Shown: positions 10,657 through 20,564 of the stretch, piece after piece | Position numbering within the stretch: position 1 is the first letter of the stretch | Layout: each line of letters starts with the position of its first letter | Assembly (NCBI GenBank): GCA_018303755.1 | Contig: JAGVXO010000007.1 | Coordinates: forward strand, 295 to 64,294 | Length of the DNA: 64,000 nucleotides | Direction: 5' to 3' | Source: Candidatus Pacearchaeota archaeon | Lineage (GTDB): Archaea > Nanobdellota > Nanobdellia > Pacearchaeales > GW2011-AR1 | Position numbers and translations under genes: made by a program | The notes under the pieces: model-generated | What the model saw: the letters and a program-made list of their open reading frames with translations, nothing else | What the model was told of the DNA's origin: nothing | Database searches by the model: none

Positions 10657-11856
10657 ATGGTCCAAAGGAAAATTCTGAAAAACGGAATGACTGTGCTTTT
10701 TAAGAAGAAAAGAGGAGGAGTTGTAAGTGTTGCTTTTGCTGTTAGAAACGGCGGAAGAAATGAGGTTGCTAAGGAAAAAGGAATATCTCATTTTATTGAG
10801 CATATGCTTTACAAAGGTACGCCAAAAAGGAACAGCATGCAGATTTCAGCAGAGATTGAGAAAAATGGAGGGGAGCTAAACGGATTTACGAGCGAGAGGA
10901 TGACGGCTTTCTGGTGCAAGATGCCGAGCAGGCATATTAAGGTTGCTCTTGATGTTTTAAGTGATATGGTGAAAAATCCGCTTTTTGATGAAAATGAATT
11001 GAATAAAGAGCGGAAGGTTATTTTTGAAGAAATGAAATTATACCACGATACACCAAGCAGGTATACTGCTGAAAAAATAAAATCTTTGATGTATAGAGGA
11101 GATTTTTCAGTTCCAATCATAGGCACAGAAAGCTCAATGAATTCTATTTCCAGAAAAAAACTTACTGAATTCTTTAAAAAAGTTTATGCCAGCGAGAACA
11201 TGATTCTTTGTGTTGTCGGAGATACAGATTTTAGAAAAGTATGCAGTTTTGCAGAAAATAATTTTATCAAAAAAAGCGGGAAAGTTGCAAAGCCAAAAAT
11301 AATCCTTTCAAATAGTAAACAAATAGAGAGAAGAAATGGAATTGACCAGGCGAATCTTGTTTTTGCCCACCATATTCCTCTTCCAAATAAAAAAGGATAT
11401 TATTCTGCACAGGTATTGAATATGATTATGGCCGGCGGCATGTCTTCAAGGCTTTTTTCAGAAATACGCGAGAAAAGAAATCTTGCATATTCTATAAGAG
11501 GAGAGACAGATTCAGAGGGAGAGTATGCTTATAGTCTTATTGCTGTTGGAACTCCTCCAGAAAATGTTCAAAAAATTGAAAGGCTGATAGTTGAAGAGTT
11601 TAAGAAAGTCTCTGAAAAGCTTTCAGAAAAAGAGCTGTCAGAAGTTAAGGAGCAAATTATCGGGAATTATCTGATTTATCAGGAAGATTCTTTTAATGTT
11701 CTTGCAAATTTGCTTATGGAAGAGATAAAAGGGAATGCGCTTAATGCTGAGAAGTTCATTGACAATATAAAGAAAGTGAAACTAAGTGAAGTTAAAAAAC
11801 TTGCAAAAATTAAAAAATATAGTTTTTTTGCGCTTGTGCCTGATAAGCACAAGTAA
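10657..11856 (+). CDS. M16 (pitrilysin/insulinase) family zinc peptidase
   Basis: inverted zinc motif HFIEH (HxxEH) near the N-terminus; about 400 aa, consistent with two M16 domains. Confidence 0.75.
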   Translation: MVQRKILKNGMTVLFKKKRGGVVSVAFAVRNGGRNEVAKEKGISHFIEHMLYKGTPKRNSMQISAEIEKNGGELNGFTSERMTAFWCKMPSRHIKVALDVLSDMVKNPLFDENELNKERKVIFEEMKLYHDTPSRYTAEKIKSLMYRGDFSVPIIGTESSMNSISRKKLTEFFKKVYASENMILCVVGDTDFRKVCSFAENNFIKKSGKVAKPKIILSNSKQIERRNGIDQANLVFAHHIPLPNKKGYYSAQVLNMIMAGGMSSRLFSEIREKRNLAYSIRGETDSEGEYAYSLIAVGTPPENVQKIERLIVEEFKKVSEKLSEKELSEVKEQIIGNYLIYQEDSFNVLANLLMEEIKGNALNAEKFIDNIKKVKLSEVKKLAKIKKYSFFALVPDKHK

Positions 11857-11914
11857 ATTTGTCCTATTTTTAATGAACCAAAAGGTTTAAACTTGTTCTT
11901 GTATATGTGCTTCT

Positions 11915-12154
11915 ATGGCAATTAAGAATATCTCTATAACTAAAGAGGCATATAGCAGGCCTGCTCGTCTTAAAAAGAACAAGGAACGTTTTTCAGAAAT
12001 TATAGTAAAGATTACCCGAAAAACGAGATTAGAAGATTTTTTTGGAATTTTGTCTAAAGATGCAGGCAGAAAATTAGGAGAGAATATACTTTTTTTAAAA
12101 ACAGAAAGAATAAGAGAATATCAAAAACGACACAAGAAATATAATTCATTTTGA
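11915..12154 (+). CDS. small basic protein, function unknown
   Basis: 79-aa Lys/Arg-rich ORF. Confidence 0.2.
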   Translation: MAIKNISITKEAYSRPARLKKNKERFSEIIVKITRKTRLEDFFGILSKDAGRKLGENILFLKTERIREYQKRHKKYNSF

Positions 12155-12192
12155 GAAAATAAACGGATTAAAAATTGAAGGATATTAAATAT

Positions 12193-12561
12193 TCATTTAT
12201 TCGCATCAGTCAATCCGATTATTCCACCAATTAATGCAAGGATTCCTATAATATTTCCGATTCCAATTACTCCTATGATTATTGCCCAGATTGCGCCGTT
12301 TCTGGCAGTTTTGGCATTAAGCATTTTTCTTGATGAAATCAGCAGAATACATCCGATAAGAATGATTACTAGAGAAATTAATATGCCCAAGATAAATATG
12401 GCTATTGGAAGAAAGGGATGAGAAACTTCTGCATTCGGAAGTTTTCTTATATAATTAATAAATAATGAAATTACCAGGGCTACAAAGAGAACTATTCCTG
12501 CAATTACAAAATTAATAATTGCAGCGATTTTTGTCAGCGAAGCACCTGTTTCGCTTTTCAT
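12193..12561 (-). CDS. small integral membrane protein
   Basis: three to four hydrophobic helices, Gly/Ile-rich. Confidence 0.3.
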   Translation of the reverse strand: MKSETGASLTKIAAIINFVIAGIVLFVALVISLFINYIRKLPNAEVSHPFLPIAIFILGILISLVIILIGCILLISSRKMLNAKTARNGAIWAIIIGVIGIGNIIGILALIGGIIGLTDANK

Positions 12562-12611
12562 AAATAGGTTAATAAACAGAAGTTTATAAATTCTTTTAAT
12601 TTGAATTTAAG

Positions 12612-13427
12612 ATGATGTTGGTTAAAATTCCTATTGAAAGCAGTAAAGAATCTGCTGGATGCAGAGAGGCGGGAAATGCAGTTATTTCCCAGATACCTGC
12701 AAATTATTCAAATGAGACTGGCAAAAATTTTTCCAAATTTGATTTAAATATTGAAGAAATCCACTTAGATAATTCAAAACTTAAACAGGCGCATGCGCTT
12801 ATTTATGAAAATTCTATTGAGCTGATAGAAACAAATAAAAAAGTGGTTTTTCTCGGAGGAGACCACTCACTGACTTTTTCAACTGCTCTTGCATTTAAAG
12901 AGGTTTGTGATAATGAAAACAAGCAGAATAGAGAGGATAAAGAGCCATTTTTAATTATTTTTGACGCCCATGCTGATTGCGAAGAGTATTCGGGCATTCC
13001 GAACAGCAGGCAGTGGCTTAGAGCCTTAATTGAAAAAGGGTTTAATGCAGAGAAAATTATCTTAGCAGGATTTAGAACCGGAGATTCTGAAGAAATAGCT
13101 TTTTTAAAAAGTGCAGGAGCCAGAATTTATGCAATGAAAGATATGAACGATTTTGAAGAATTATGCGATATTATTATGGAGCTTGCGAGAGAGAATAATA
13201 TTTATCTTTCAATTGATATTGATGCTGCTGATGCTGTTTTTGTTCCAGGCACGGCTCATCCCGAAAGCGCAGGACTTACTTCAAGACAGCTCGTTTATTT
13301 TGTGCAAAGGATTAGTATGCTTAAAAATCTGAGAGTTGTTGATATTACTGAGATTAATCCTAAGAAAGATATAAAAGAAGCAACGGTTAAATTTGGAGCA
13401 AAAATCGCAATTGAGGTTTTAAATTGA
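12612..13427 (+). CDS. ureohydrolase (agmatinase/arginase family)
   Basis: GGDHSLT, DAHAD and SIDIDAAD manganese-binding motifs of the arginase fold. Confidence 0.7.
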   Translation: MMLVKIPIESSKESAGCREAGNAVISQIPANYSNETGKNFSKFDLNIEEIHLDNSKLKQAHALIYENSIELIETNKKVVFLGGDHSLTFSTALAFKEVCDNENKQNREDKEPFLIIFDAHADCEEYSGIPNSRQWLRALIEKGFNAEKIILAGFRTGDSEEIAFLKSAGARIYAMKDMNDFEELCDIIMELARENNIYLSIDIDAADAVFVPGTAHPESAGLTSRQLVYFVQRISMLKNLRVVDITEINPKKDIKEATVKFGAKIAIEVLN

Positions 13428-13963
13428 GGGCGTTTATATCCCTCGAACTTCCCGAAAATATAAAAAAAGAAATTGTAAAAATACAGAAATATATTGAGAA
13501 ACTTGGGATTTTAAAAGGAAAATACACTGAAGAGGAAAATTTGCATCTTACTTTAAAATTTTTGGGAGAGATTGATGAAAAAGAAGCTGAAAGAGCGGCA
13601 AATCTTTTGAAAAATGTTAAATTCAAAAAGTTTAAGAGTAAATTAGGGCTTTTGGGAGTTTTTTCAGAACAGGAGATTAGAATTGTTTGGATCGAACTCA
13701 AAGGAGAAGGAATTTTGGAATTGCAGAAACAGATAGATGATGTGTTATCTCCTATGTTTCCTAGAGAAGAAAGATTTATGCCCCATATTACAGTAATAAG
13801 GCCGAAGTATGTTGAAAACAGAAGAGTTTTTTTGGATAAGTTAAAAGAGATAAAATTTGAAAAATCAGAGTTTGAGGCAGATAGTTTCTGTTTTAAAAAA
13901 TCTGAACTCAATAAAAAAGGCGCAGTTTATTCAGATTTTGGTGTGTTTAAAACTACAGATTGA
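13424..13963 (+). CDS. thpR: 2'-5' RNA ligase / 2H phosphoesterase (LigT/ThpR)
   Basis: two H-x-T/S-x motifs (HLTLKF and HITVIR) at the spacing typical of LigT. Confidence 0.7.
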   Translation: MRAFISLELPENIKKEIVKIQKYIEKLGILKGKYTEEENLHLTLKFLGEIDEKEAERAANLLKNVKFKKFKSKLGLLGVFSEQEIRIVWIELKGEGILELQKQIDDVLSPMFPREERFMPHITVIRPKYVENRRVFLDKLKEIKFEKSEFEADSFCFKKSELNKKGAVYSDFGVFKTTD

Positions 13964-14329
13964 AAAATATAATTAATAAAGAATTTCTTGATTTATAAGT
14001 TTATTGGAATTTAATAAATATTTTCTACTGCATATTATTTTTTATACTCCTACTATTTTTAATTATTTTAATGTTTTGTTGTGATAATGCAAACCTTTTA
14101 AGGAGTTTAAATCACGAAGGATATGATTGCAGGGGATTTGTTTTTTATGGGGGTTCTGCTGAAATCCGTCAGCAGTTTGAATCTGAAATGAGAAAACAAC
14201 TTGCTGGAAGAGAATCAGAATATGTTGTTTTATGCTCTGAAGTCCGTCCATTTGATTACCTTATTAAATGGTTTAATCCTAAGGAACCAAAAAATCCCGG
14301 TGTAATGGGGGTTGATGTTGGTTATTTTA

Positions 14330-15037
14330 TTAAGAATGGCGTTCCGTTGATGAATCATACAGATATCCAGAGAGTCCAAAGATAAACGCTTTTTTCCCTA
14401 TAACTTTTTCCAGTTCTTCTTTTGAGGCATTTATTATATTCTTTATTGAGCCGAAATGCTCGAGAAGCTTTTTTGCATTTTTCGGGCCTATGCCTGGAAA
14501 ACTTTCTATGATATATTGAGTTTGCTCTTTTGGATTTCTTGATTTTCTTTTTAGGTTTGCGCTTTTTTCAGAAGAATTTTCTTTTTTATTGTATAAAACC
14601 TTTATGAATTCTGCTGTATCTTCATAATCTTTTGTGAAAATAATCGGAATTTTTCTTTTTAGCAGAATTGAGAGAATAAAGCCCCTTACTGCATTTTCAT
14701 TTATTCCAGAAGAGTATAAATCTTTTTCATCTGTGCCTTCAATTATCAGAAGCTTTTCTTTGTTTTCATATTGCATAAGAGTATCTAACTGGGATTCCAT
14801 TCTTTTGTTTATCATTGAAGAGAGAAAATCACCGATTGTTTTTCTTTCGATTATTACTTCTTTTACAATATAATCCCCTACTTCAAGATGCACAAAGTTT
14901 ATTTGACATCCTAAGCGCACGAGCTCGCTTGCAACAAGCGCGTTTTTTTCCCTATCATCAATTAGAATTTCCGGTTTATCCAAATCCTGTTCTTCTAGTT
15001 TTCTTTTCTCAGATTTTTCAAATATATTCTCGAACAT
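14330..15037 (-). CDS. XPF/Hef-type ERCC4 nuclease with C-terminal (HhH)2
   Basis: ERCC4 signature IDDREK...ERKTIGDF and a C-terminal FPGIGPKNAKKLLEHFGS helix-hairpin-helix. Confidence 0.7.
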   Translation of the reverse strand: MFENIFEKSEKRKLEEQDLDKPEILIDDREKNALVASELVRLGCQINFVHLEVGDYIVKEVIIERKTIGDFLSSMINKRMESQLDTLMQYENKEKLLIIEGTDEKDLYSSGINENAVRGFILSILLKRKIPIIFTKDYEDTAEFIKVLYNKKENSSEKSANLKRKSRNPKEQTQYIIESFPGIGPKNAKKLLEHFGSIKNIINASKEELEKVIGKKAFIFGLSGYLYDSSTERHS

Positions 15038-15084
15038 TTTTTTAAGAAGGGTTATGCCTTTTTATCTTTAACTGCACTTTTTAT

Positions 15085-15350
15085 TTTTTAAACATCCCCA
15101 TAACTTTTCCTTATTTTACATCTTTTCATTAAAGTTTTCTTTTTTATTTAATATCTCATTAAAAATCATAAAGTCTAATGAACAAATGGACGACAGATTT
15201 GCAGAATTAGATAAGTGAGCGGAGCGAACCAAATTAAGGCGAGCCCGAATGGGCGAGCCGATAATTCCATTATTCAAATAAAAAATCACAACCGAAATAT
15301 TTATAACTCCCCCCCTTAAATTGTTAATCTTGCTTTCATAACGATAAAGC
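15085..15350 (+). repeat. composite intergenic repeat R1 (AT block + GCGAGC block + conserved promoter-like leader)
   Basis: near-identical to 29700-29960 and related to 11+ other copies; contains gtgagcggagcgaaccaaattaaggcgagcccgaatgggcgagc. Confidence 0.8.
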
Positions 15351-15385
15351 AGGAATTTTAAAATTGAGTGAAAGGAGGTGATAAA

Positions 15386-16540
15386 ATGAAAAGCAAAGAA
15401 TGGGTTGGAGTGATTGCTGTTGTTGCAGTTGCGTTTGCAATTGCTTGGGTTTCTGCGAATTTAGATGTTTTAACTAATTCAGGAATACTGCAAAGCCCGC
15501 CTTCTGGTAATGATATAAATGTGACTCCGAGAGAGAATCAGACATATTCCTTTATTATGGGGGGAGATAGGTATGATTATAGATTTGGGATGAATAGTGT
15601 TAAGATTCCATATAGTATTGACTTGTCTATTAATGATCCTTTTGCTCAGGAATCCTTTATGAAAAGATTATCTTTTGCAGGGAATGATACTAATAATTTG
15701 AGTTATGCTTATTTTGGATTCCAAAAGATAATAATAAAGGCAAATCTTGTAAAAGTTCATGATACTTGGGCGAAGAAATGGTTTGTTAATTTAACCTTTA
15801 AAGATGCAACAAATGATCCGAATGCACCTTATACGAAAATTGATGGATGTAATCGTATAGATGAAGTAATCATTGATAAAACTCAGGAGCTTACTGATAA
15901 AGGAAGGATTGTTGTGATAGAAGAAATGAGCCCGGTATATTACGGGAATTACTTTATTGCTCCTGGAGATACTAATGGAACTGACGCAGGGATATATAAA
16001 ATAACTACACTTTCAAACTCTTCTACAGAATTCCATTTAGTGCTTACTGATGTGTTTGACACAGCAAATACTTTTGAGGTTACTGACTCTACTGGAGATG
16101 GAATTGCAAGTATCTATATAATGGGAAAACAATATGAGGTTTACTATGCATTTACTTCCTCAACCCTTCCAATTGAAAGGGCTGTTAAATTTGATTTTTC
16201 GCAAACAATAGGACATCAGATTATGGATTTCAGCAAGTGTGCTAATGCACAAGAGAATTATGTTGGTGTTTTGAAAATGTTGAATGAGTGCGATTTAAGA
16301 TTCGTAGACGATTCTTTTTTTAGAAATCAAACGGCTCACATTTCTTGCGATCAAAAATGCCGAGAATCTGGTCAAGTATGTACTGAAGCATATGGTTATC
16401 TATTTAATGGGACAGATGAAGATTCAGAAGATTTTAGAGTAATAACTACTAGGGTTCTTTGTCAGGCACAGGCTTCATCTTCTGATGTTCTGGGTGGGTA
16501 TCCTTTTTTAGAATTAATGTGCAACTGCTGTGGAGATTAA
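15386..16540 (+). CDS. secreted Cys-rich protein (paralog of 30025..30831 at the 5' end)
   Basis: perfect SD AAGGAGGTGA 4 nt upstream of ATG 15386 (track used GTG 15368); signal peptide ...AFAIAWVSA; C-terminal 9-Cys module. Confidence 0.5.
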   Translation: MKSKEWVGVIAVVAVAFAIAWVSANLDVLTNSGILQSPPSGNDINVTPRENQTYSFIMGGDRYDYRFGMNSVKIPYSIDLSINDPFAQESFMKRLSFAGNDTNNLSYAYFGFQKIIIKANLVKVHDTWAKKWFVNLTFKDATNDPNAPYTKIDGCNRIDEVIIDKTQELTDKGRIVVIEEMSPVYYGNYFIAPGDTNGTDAGIYKITTLSNSSTEFHLVLTDVFDTANTFEVTDSTGDGIASIYIMGKQYEVYYAFTSSTLPIERAVKFDFSQTIGHQIMDFSKCANAQENYVGVLKMLNECDLRFVDDSFFRNQTAHISCDQKCRESGQVCTEAYGYLFNGTDEDSEDFRVITTRVLCQAQASSSDVLGGYPFLELMCNCCGD

Positions 16541-16616
16541 TTAATCTTTAATTTTTATTTTTCTTCTTTTCTTTTTTATTCAATCAGCTTCTGCTGTGCG
16601 TCTTTTTCTCTTTTTT

Positions 16617-19600
16617 TTATATTAATTTTTTTTGTATTTCTTCTTCATCTTTTTTATTTTCGTCTGCGCTTTTTCCTTCACTTTCTATTTCTTCATCCTG
16701 CGCTTTTGCATTAAATGTTCCGTCCTGCATTTCCTGTTTTATTGAGCTTATGGCGTTGTGCATTCTTTTTTCCTTGTGATAAGCGGCCCAGTAATATGCT
16801 TCGTCTCTTGTGTCTTTTGTTATAAGCATTATCAACTCTCCTGGCATTAATCTTGCTGTTCTTCCTGCTCTCTGAATTTTTCTTATTGCGCTTGGAACTG
16901 GCTCGTAAAAAATAACTGTATCAACTTCAGGTATATCAAGCCCCTCTTCTCCTATCTGGGTGCTGACTAAGACATTGAATTTTCCGTCGGAAAAGTCAGA
17001 GATTATTTCTCTTTGCTCTTTTTGGCTTAGTCCTGTATCTCCTTTTTTTGCCTGCCCTACAAAAACTTTTGCACTTGCATTTTCAATCGAATTAATTTCC
17101 TTGCATATTTTTGTCACGCTGTCACGATACTGCGAAAAAACAATTATTTTCGGGTTTTTGATTGAGCTTATTTTTGATTCTATAATTGCTTTTAGCTGAA
17201 GAAGTTTCGGATGCTCTAAATTTTCATTTATCATCTGCTTTATTTTTTCATATGCAATTGTAAAATCAGGATTGCTGACAAGCTTTTTTACAGCTCTGCT
17301 TTTATTCTGCCTTGCCTGTTCATTCAGAGATTCAATATAATTATTTAATCCATAAAGTGTTTGGGTTTCAAGAAGTTCAATTGCATGTCCGATTTTTATT
17401 GCCTGTGCGCATAATGACGCTCCATAGAACAAATTAAAATTTTTACTTCCTCTTGAAATCATAGCCATTATTCTTTTCTGGCAGTCTAACAAAGCGATTT
17501 TGTTTGCGGGCCCATTAAGGATATTTTTTTCTTTAAGCGAATTTATGTTTTTATCATAAATGTTTTTCAAATGAACTTTAATTTCTTTGAATTTTTGCGG
17601 AAATTCCACTTTTATTGTGTTTATGTCAAGTTCCTGCAAATATTCTTTCAAGTCTTCGCTTTCTCGTGTTCTTATTTCAACTTCTTCAATATTCAGATTT
17701 TCACAAATGAGTTTTATTGACTTTTTGTCTGCGCCAGGCGAGGCAGTAAGTCCCAAAATCCTCGCATTTTTCGCCTGCTCGATATACTTTTTCGCAACAT
17801 AAGTGTAGCTGTAATTTTTCACGCATTTATGCGCTTCGTCTTCTATAAGCAGAGAAACTCCTTCTAAATCATATAGTTTTTTCTTTAAATCATTGGCAAT
17901 GCAATTATGGTTTACTAAATAATTTGCTATAAAATTATGGTGTTTATCAACGCTTAAATCATACACTTCTCTTTTTTCTCGACACCCTCTTTTTTCTTTA
18001 ATCTTCACCCACCTTATTGGAAGGTTGAGAAGTTCTTTCAATTTATTGGCACTTTCTCCCTCTAAACAAGAGGATAGCTTTTTTAAATTATCCAAGGACA
18101 GGCAACTAAATTTATAATATTCTGCTTTGCTCATATTAGACTTATGAATTTTTTTCATTAATTCTGGAATAGGCAGTATTTCTTTTGAGCGTGTTTCTGG
18201 TCTTTTTGTATTGTTTAAGGTTTCTATTAGTTTTTTACATTTTTCTTTGTTTGGAGAGGACTCAAGAAATTTTTTTAAATTCAGCCTTCCTGTGAATTTG
18301 AATGTAAAAATTTCAGATTCTTTTAAATGTCTTCCATTTATCGTTCCATGAGATTTTGTTTTTTCAATATTGCCAAGAATGCCTATTCTTAAAAATAGCC
18401 ACTTTAGTCCCTGCACAAATTTTTCGCTTACACTGGATATTGATACTCCGTATTTTGATGCATGGCCATCTGTGTCAAATATTCCTTTGATAAATCCATT
18501 TATAGAATCTTTATCTGCGAAAAATAAAAATTTTGGAATTTCAATTCTTCTTGCTTTTTTTCCTTTTGGGATTCCAAGATGCGAGAAGAAATGTGCGAGA
18601 GCAGAGTTATAAGCAATAAGCCCTTTAGTTTTATCTTTCTTCATTTCAATTCCAAAAACTTCTTTAACTGCCTCTTTAAATTCTTGAGAGATTGATTCTC
18701 TTTCTAATTCTGAGAGGACCACTTCAGACCCATGACCTATCCTATCTCCAATATGTCCATCACCAAACATCGCACCTAAGATATATGCTAATTTATTGTC
18801 TAACTTTTTAGGGAGCTTTATTGGAGAACTTTTTCCGCAGCTATCTGTAAGTGTCAATAAGCTATAATCAAAATCTATTTTTTTTGATAGTTCTAGGAAA
18901 AGTTTTATGGGCATGAAGTTATAAAAATATCTTGAATAAGGCGAGGTTTTAATTTTCTTCTCTTTTAACTTCTTTATTAAGTCTTTTGTAAGAGCAGTAT
19001 CTGCTATTTTTAAACATTCACTCGAAGAGAGGAGATTTAAAATGTCGAGATTTTTTTCTTCTATATCTATCTTCTTTGAAGATGCAATGTAATCTCCTTT
19101 ATTTAGGCTTGACGCTTCCTTCCAAATTAATTCTCCACATGGGCTTATTGTTAAAAGAGGGTGGTCTTTTGTACACAAGAGGGTATTTCCTATTTCGGTT
19201 TTTATATTAATTACTTCTTCGGTTGTCCTTTTCCATGCTTTTGTTGCCTTTAAGAAATCAATTTTTTGCCCATTGTAACCCAGAATTTTTTCATTTATCT
19301 CAGCGACTTCTATTTTTCCATTTAGATAGTTCTTTTCTTCGAAATTAAATTGTTTGAAGAAATCTGAAATTTTTATCGGACCTTCTCCAGTGAATATTAA
19401 TGTTCCGCCATCAATGCACTGCGGAGTTGAAAATATAATGTCTGTTCTCTGCCATATTTTTTTTCTTTTTTCTGCATCAACTTTTCCTGTAAAAAGCTCC
19501 ATTTGAGCAAACAGCTCTGGAAGATATTTTTTAAAATAAGCAATATGCTGTTCTGCGAGCGGGCGTGTTGGAGCAAGAAAAAGAATTTTCTCCTCTGGAA

Positions 19601-19760
19601 ATTTCTGCATCCTATGTATTGTGAGAAGCAATGCAACAAGAGTTTTTCCTATGCCTGTAGGCAGGACTACTAAACAGTTTTTTTCTTTGCATTTTTCAAA
19701 TATCTTTTTTTGATATTCTCTTGGATTTATATCTTTTAAAAATTTCTCTTCTGGCATCAT
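16617..19760 (-). CDS. Hef/RIG-I-like SF2 helicase (nuclease-less) containing one LAGLIDADG intein
   Basis: motifs PTGIGKT, FSTPQ, (intein), EDEAHK, LTASPG, QRAGRTAR; extein about 540 aa plus intein about 505 aa. Confidence 0.8.
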   Translation of the reverse strand: MMPEEKFLKDINPREYQKKIFEKCKEKNCLVVLPTGIGKTLVALLLTIHRMQKFPEEKILFLAPTRPLAEQHIAYFKKYLPELFAQMELFTGKVDAEKRKKIWQRTDIIFSTPQCIDGGTLIFTGEGPIKISDFFKQFNFEEKNYLNGKIEVAEINEKILGYNGQKIDFLKATKAWKRTTEEVINIKTEIGNTLLCTKDHPLLTISPCGELIWKEASSLNKGDYIASSKKIDIEEKNLDILNLLSSSECLKIADTALTKDLIKKLKEKKIKTSPYSRYFYNFMPIKLFLELSKKIDFDYSLLTLTDSCGKSSPIKLPKKLDNKLAYILGAMFGDGHIGDRIGHGSEVVLSELERESISQEFKEAVKEVFGIEMKKDKTKGLIAYNSALAHFFSHLGIPKGKKARRIEIPKFLFFADKDSINGFIKGIFDTDGHASKYGVSISSVSEKFVQGLKWLFLRIGILGNIEKTKSHGTINGRHLKESEIFTFKFTGRLNLKKFLESSPNKEKCKKLIETLNNTKRPETRSKEILPIPELMKKIHKSNMSKAEYYKFSCLSLDNLKKLSSCLEGESANKLKELLNLPIRWVKIKEKRGCREKREVYDLSVDKHHNFIANYLVNHNCIANDLKKKLYDLEGVSLLIEDEAHKCVKNYSYTYVAKKYIEQAKNARILGLTASPGADKKSIKLICENLNIEEVEIRTRESEDLKEYLQELDINTIKVEFPQKFKEIKVHLKNIYDKNINSLKEKNILNGPANKIALLDCQKRIMAMISRGSKNFNLFYGASLCAQAIKIGHAIELLETQTLYGLNNYIESLNEQARQNKSRAVKKLVSNPDFTIAYEKIKQMINENLEHPKLLQLKAIIESKISSIKNPKIIVFSQYRDSVTKICKEINSIENASAKVFVGQAKKGDTGLSQKEQREIISDFSDGKFNVLVSTQIGEEGLDIPEVDTVIFYEPVPSAIRKIQRAGRTARLMPGELIMLITKDTRDEAYYWAAYHKEKRMHNAISSIKQEMQDGTFNAKAQDEEIESEGKSADENKKDEEEIQKKLI
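17904..19418 (-). other. intein in helicase (between FSTPQ and CIANDL)
   Basis: starts with Cys (CIDGGTL), ends HN followed by +1 Cys; internal LAGLIDADG blocks (LAYILGAMFGDGH, DKDSINGFIKGIFDTDGH). Confidence 0.75.
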
Positions 19761-19776
19761 TTTAAGGATTAGAAAA

Positions 19777-20427
19777 TTAAATCAGTAAAAAAGAATATGA
19801 AAGGAATATTGCGGTTATTGATGCTAAGATTATCCATAAAAGAGCTCTTTTTGATGCAAAAAATATTTTTGTTCCGTCGAGGTTGCTGAATGGAATCAAG
19901 GAAAATGCCGCGTAGTAAATACCTACTCTTGCAATCTCTGGAAAGTTTACAAGATATGCCAGAATCGAGAGCGCCAAACAGGCAATTACTCCTGATGCAG
20001 CAATAAGCCCGAGATGAATGTCAGTTATTTCTGTAAAGCTGAATAATCCATGCCTTTTGCTTGCTCTTGCACTTGTTCCTTCTGCGTCAAATTCCAGAAC
20101 TGCCATCCAGATTAATTTTCCAAAAGAGATTATTGGAATTATAAATGCGAGAATTATTCCGATAGGAATAGGCGTTTTGAGATATGCATCTCTTCTAAGT
20201 CCAAACCTTTGGAAATTCCAGGATTTATGCTCTATTGTAATTTCATAATAATAGGCAGTTATTTTTTTTGCAACAATACTTGTGAAAGCAACAAGTACAA
20301 TGCCTATAAGACTAAGAAAAATTGAGGCATAGTCTGGAGTTCGCGAGATAAACTGGAGATAATTAAATGTAAATAAAAGAACAATTATTGCCAAGAAAAT
20401 ATGCCCTCCTTCTTTTAGTTTAATCAT
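19777..20427 (-). CDS. integral membrane protein
   Basis: 5-6 hydrophobic helices; no catalytic motif recognised. Confidence 0.3.
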   Translation of the reverse strand: MIKLKEGGHIFLAIIVLLFTFNYLQFISRTPDYASIFLSLIGIVLVAFTSIVAKKITAYYYEITIEHKSWNFQRFGLRRDAYLKTPIPIGIILAFIIPIISFGKLIWMAVLEFDAEGTSARASKRHGLFSFTEITDIHLGLIAASGVIACLALSILAYLVNFPEIARVGIYYAAFSLIPFSNLDGTKIFFASKRALLWIILASITAIFLSYSFLLI

Positions 20428-20564
20428 TATACTACTTGGAAGAGATTTTTTATAAACCTTGTTATTGCCAAAAATTTAGGTATTTTTTCCGGGAAGGTTT
20501 TTATTCTGCTGTTTTTTACATATTTTTCCGGTATAGAAAAGTATATAAATCAAATCTTTTTGAA

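Noticed and set aside
14071-14385. 104-aa plus-strand ORF between LigT and the XPF nuclease
   Set aside because: It has no motif, unusual Cys/Gly composition, an ATG right after an AT-rich stretch, and overlaps the 3' end of the XPF gene. It could be real, but support is insufficient.
15368-16540. Diversity-generating retroelement (DGR) targeting the Cys-rich secreted proteins
   Set aside because: No reverse transcriptase (YxDD) ORF and no template/variable repeat pair were found in the window. The similarity between the two genes is confined to the promoter, leader and signal peptide.
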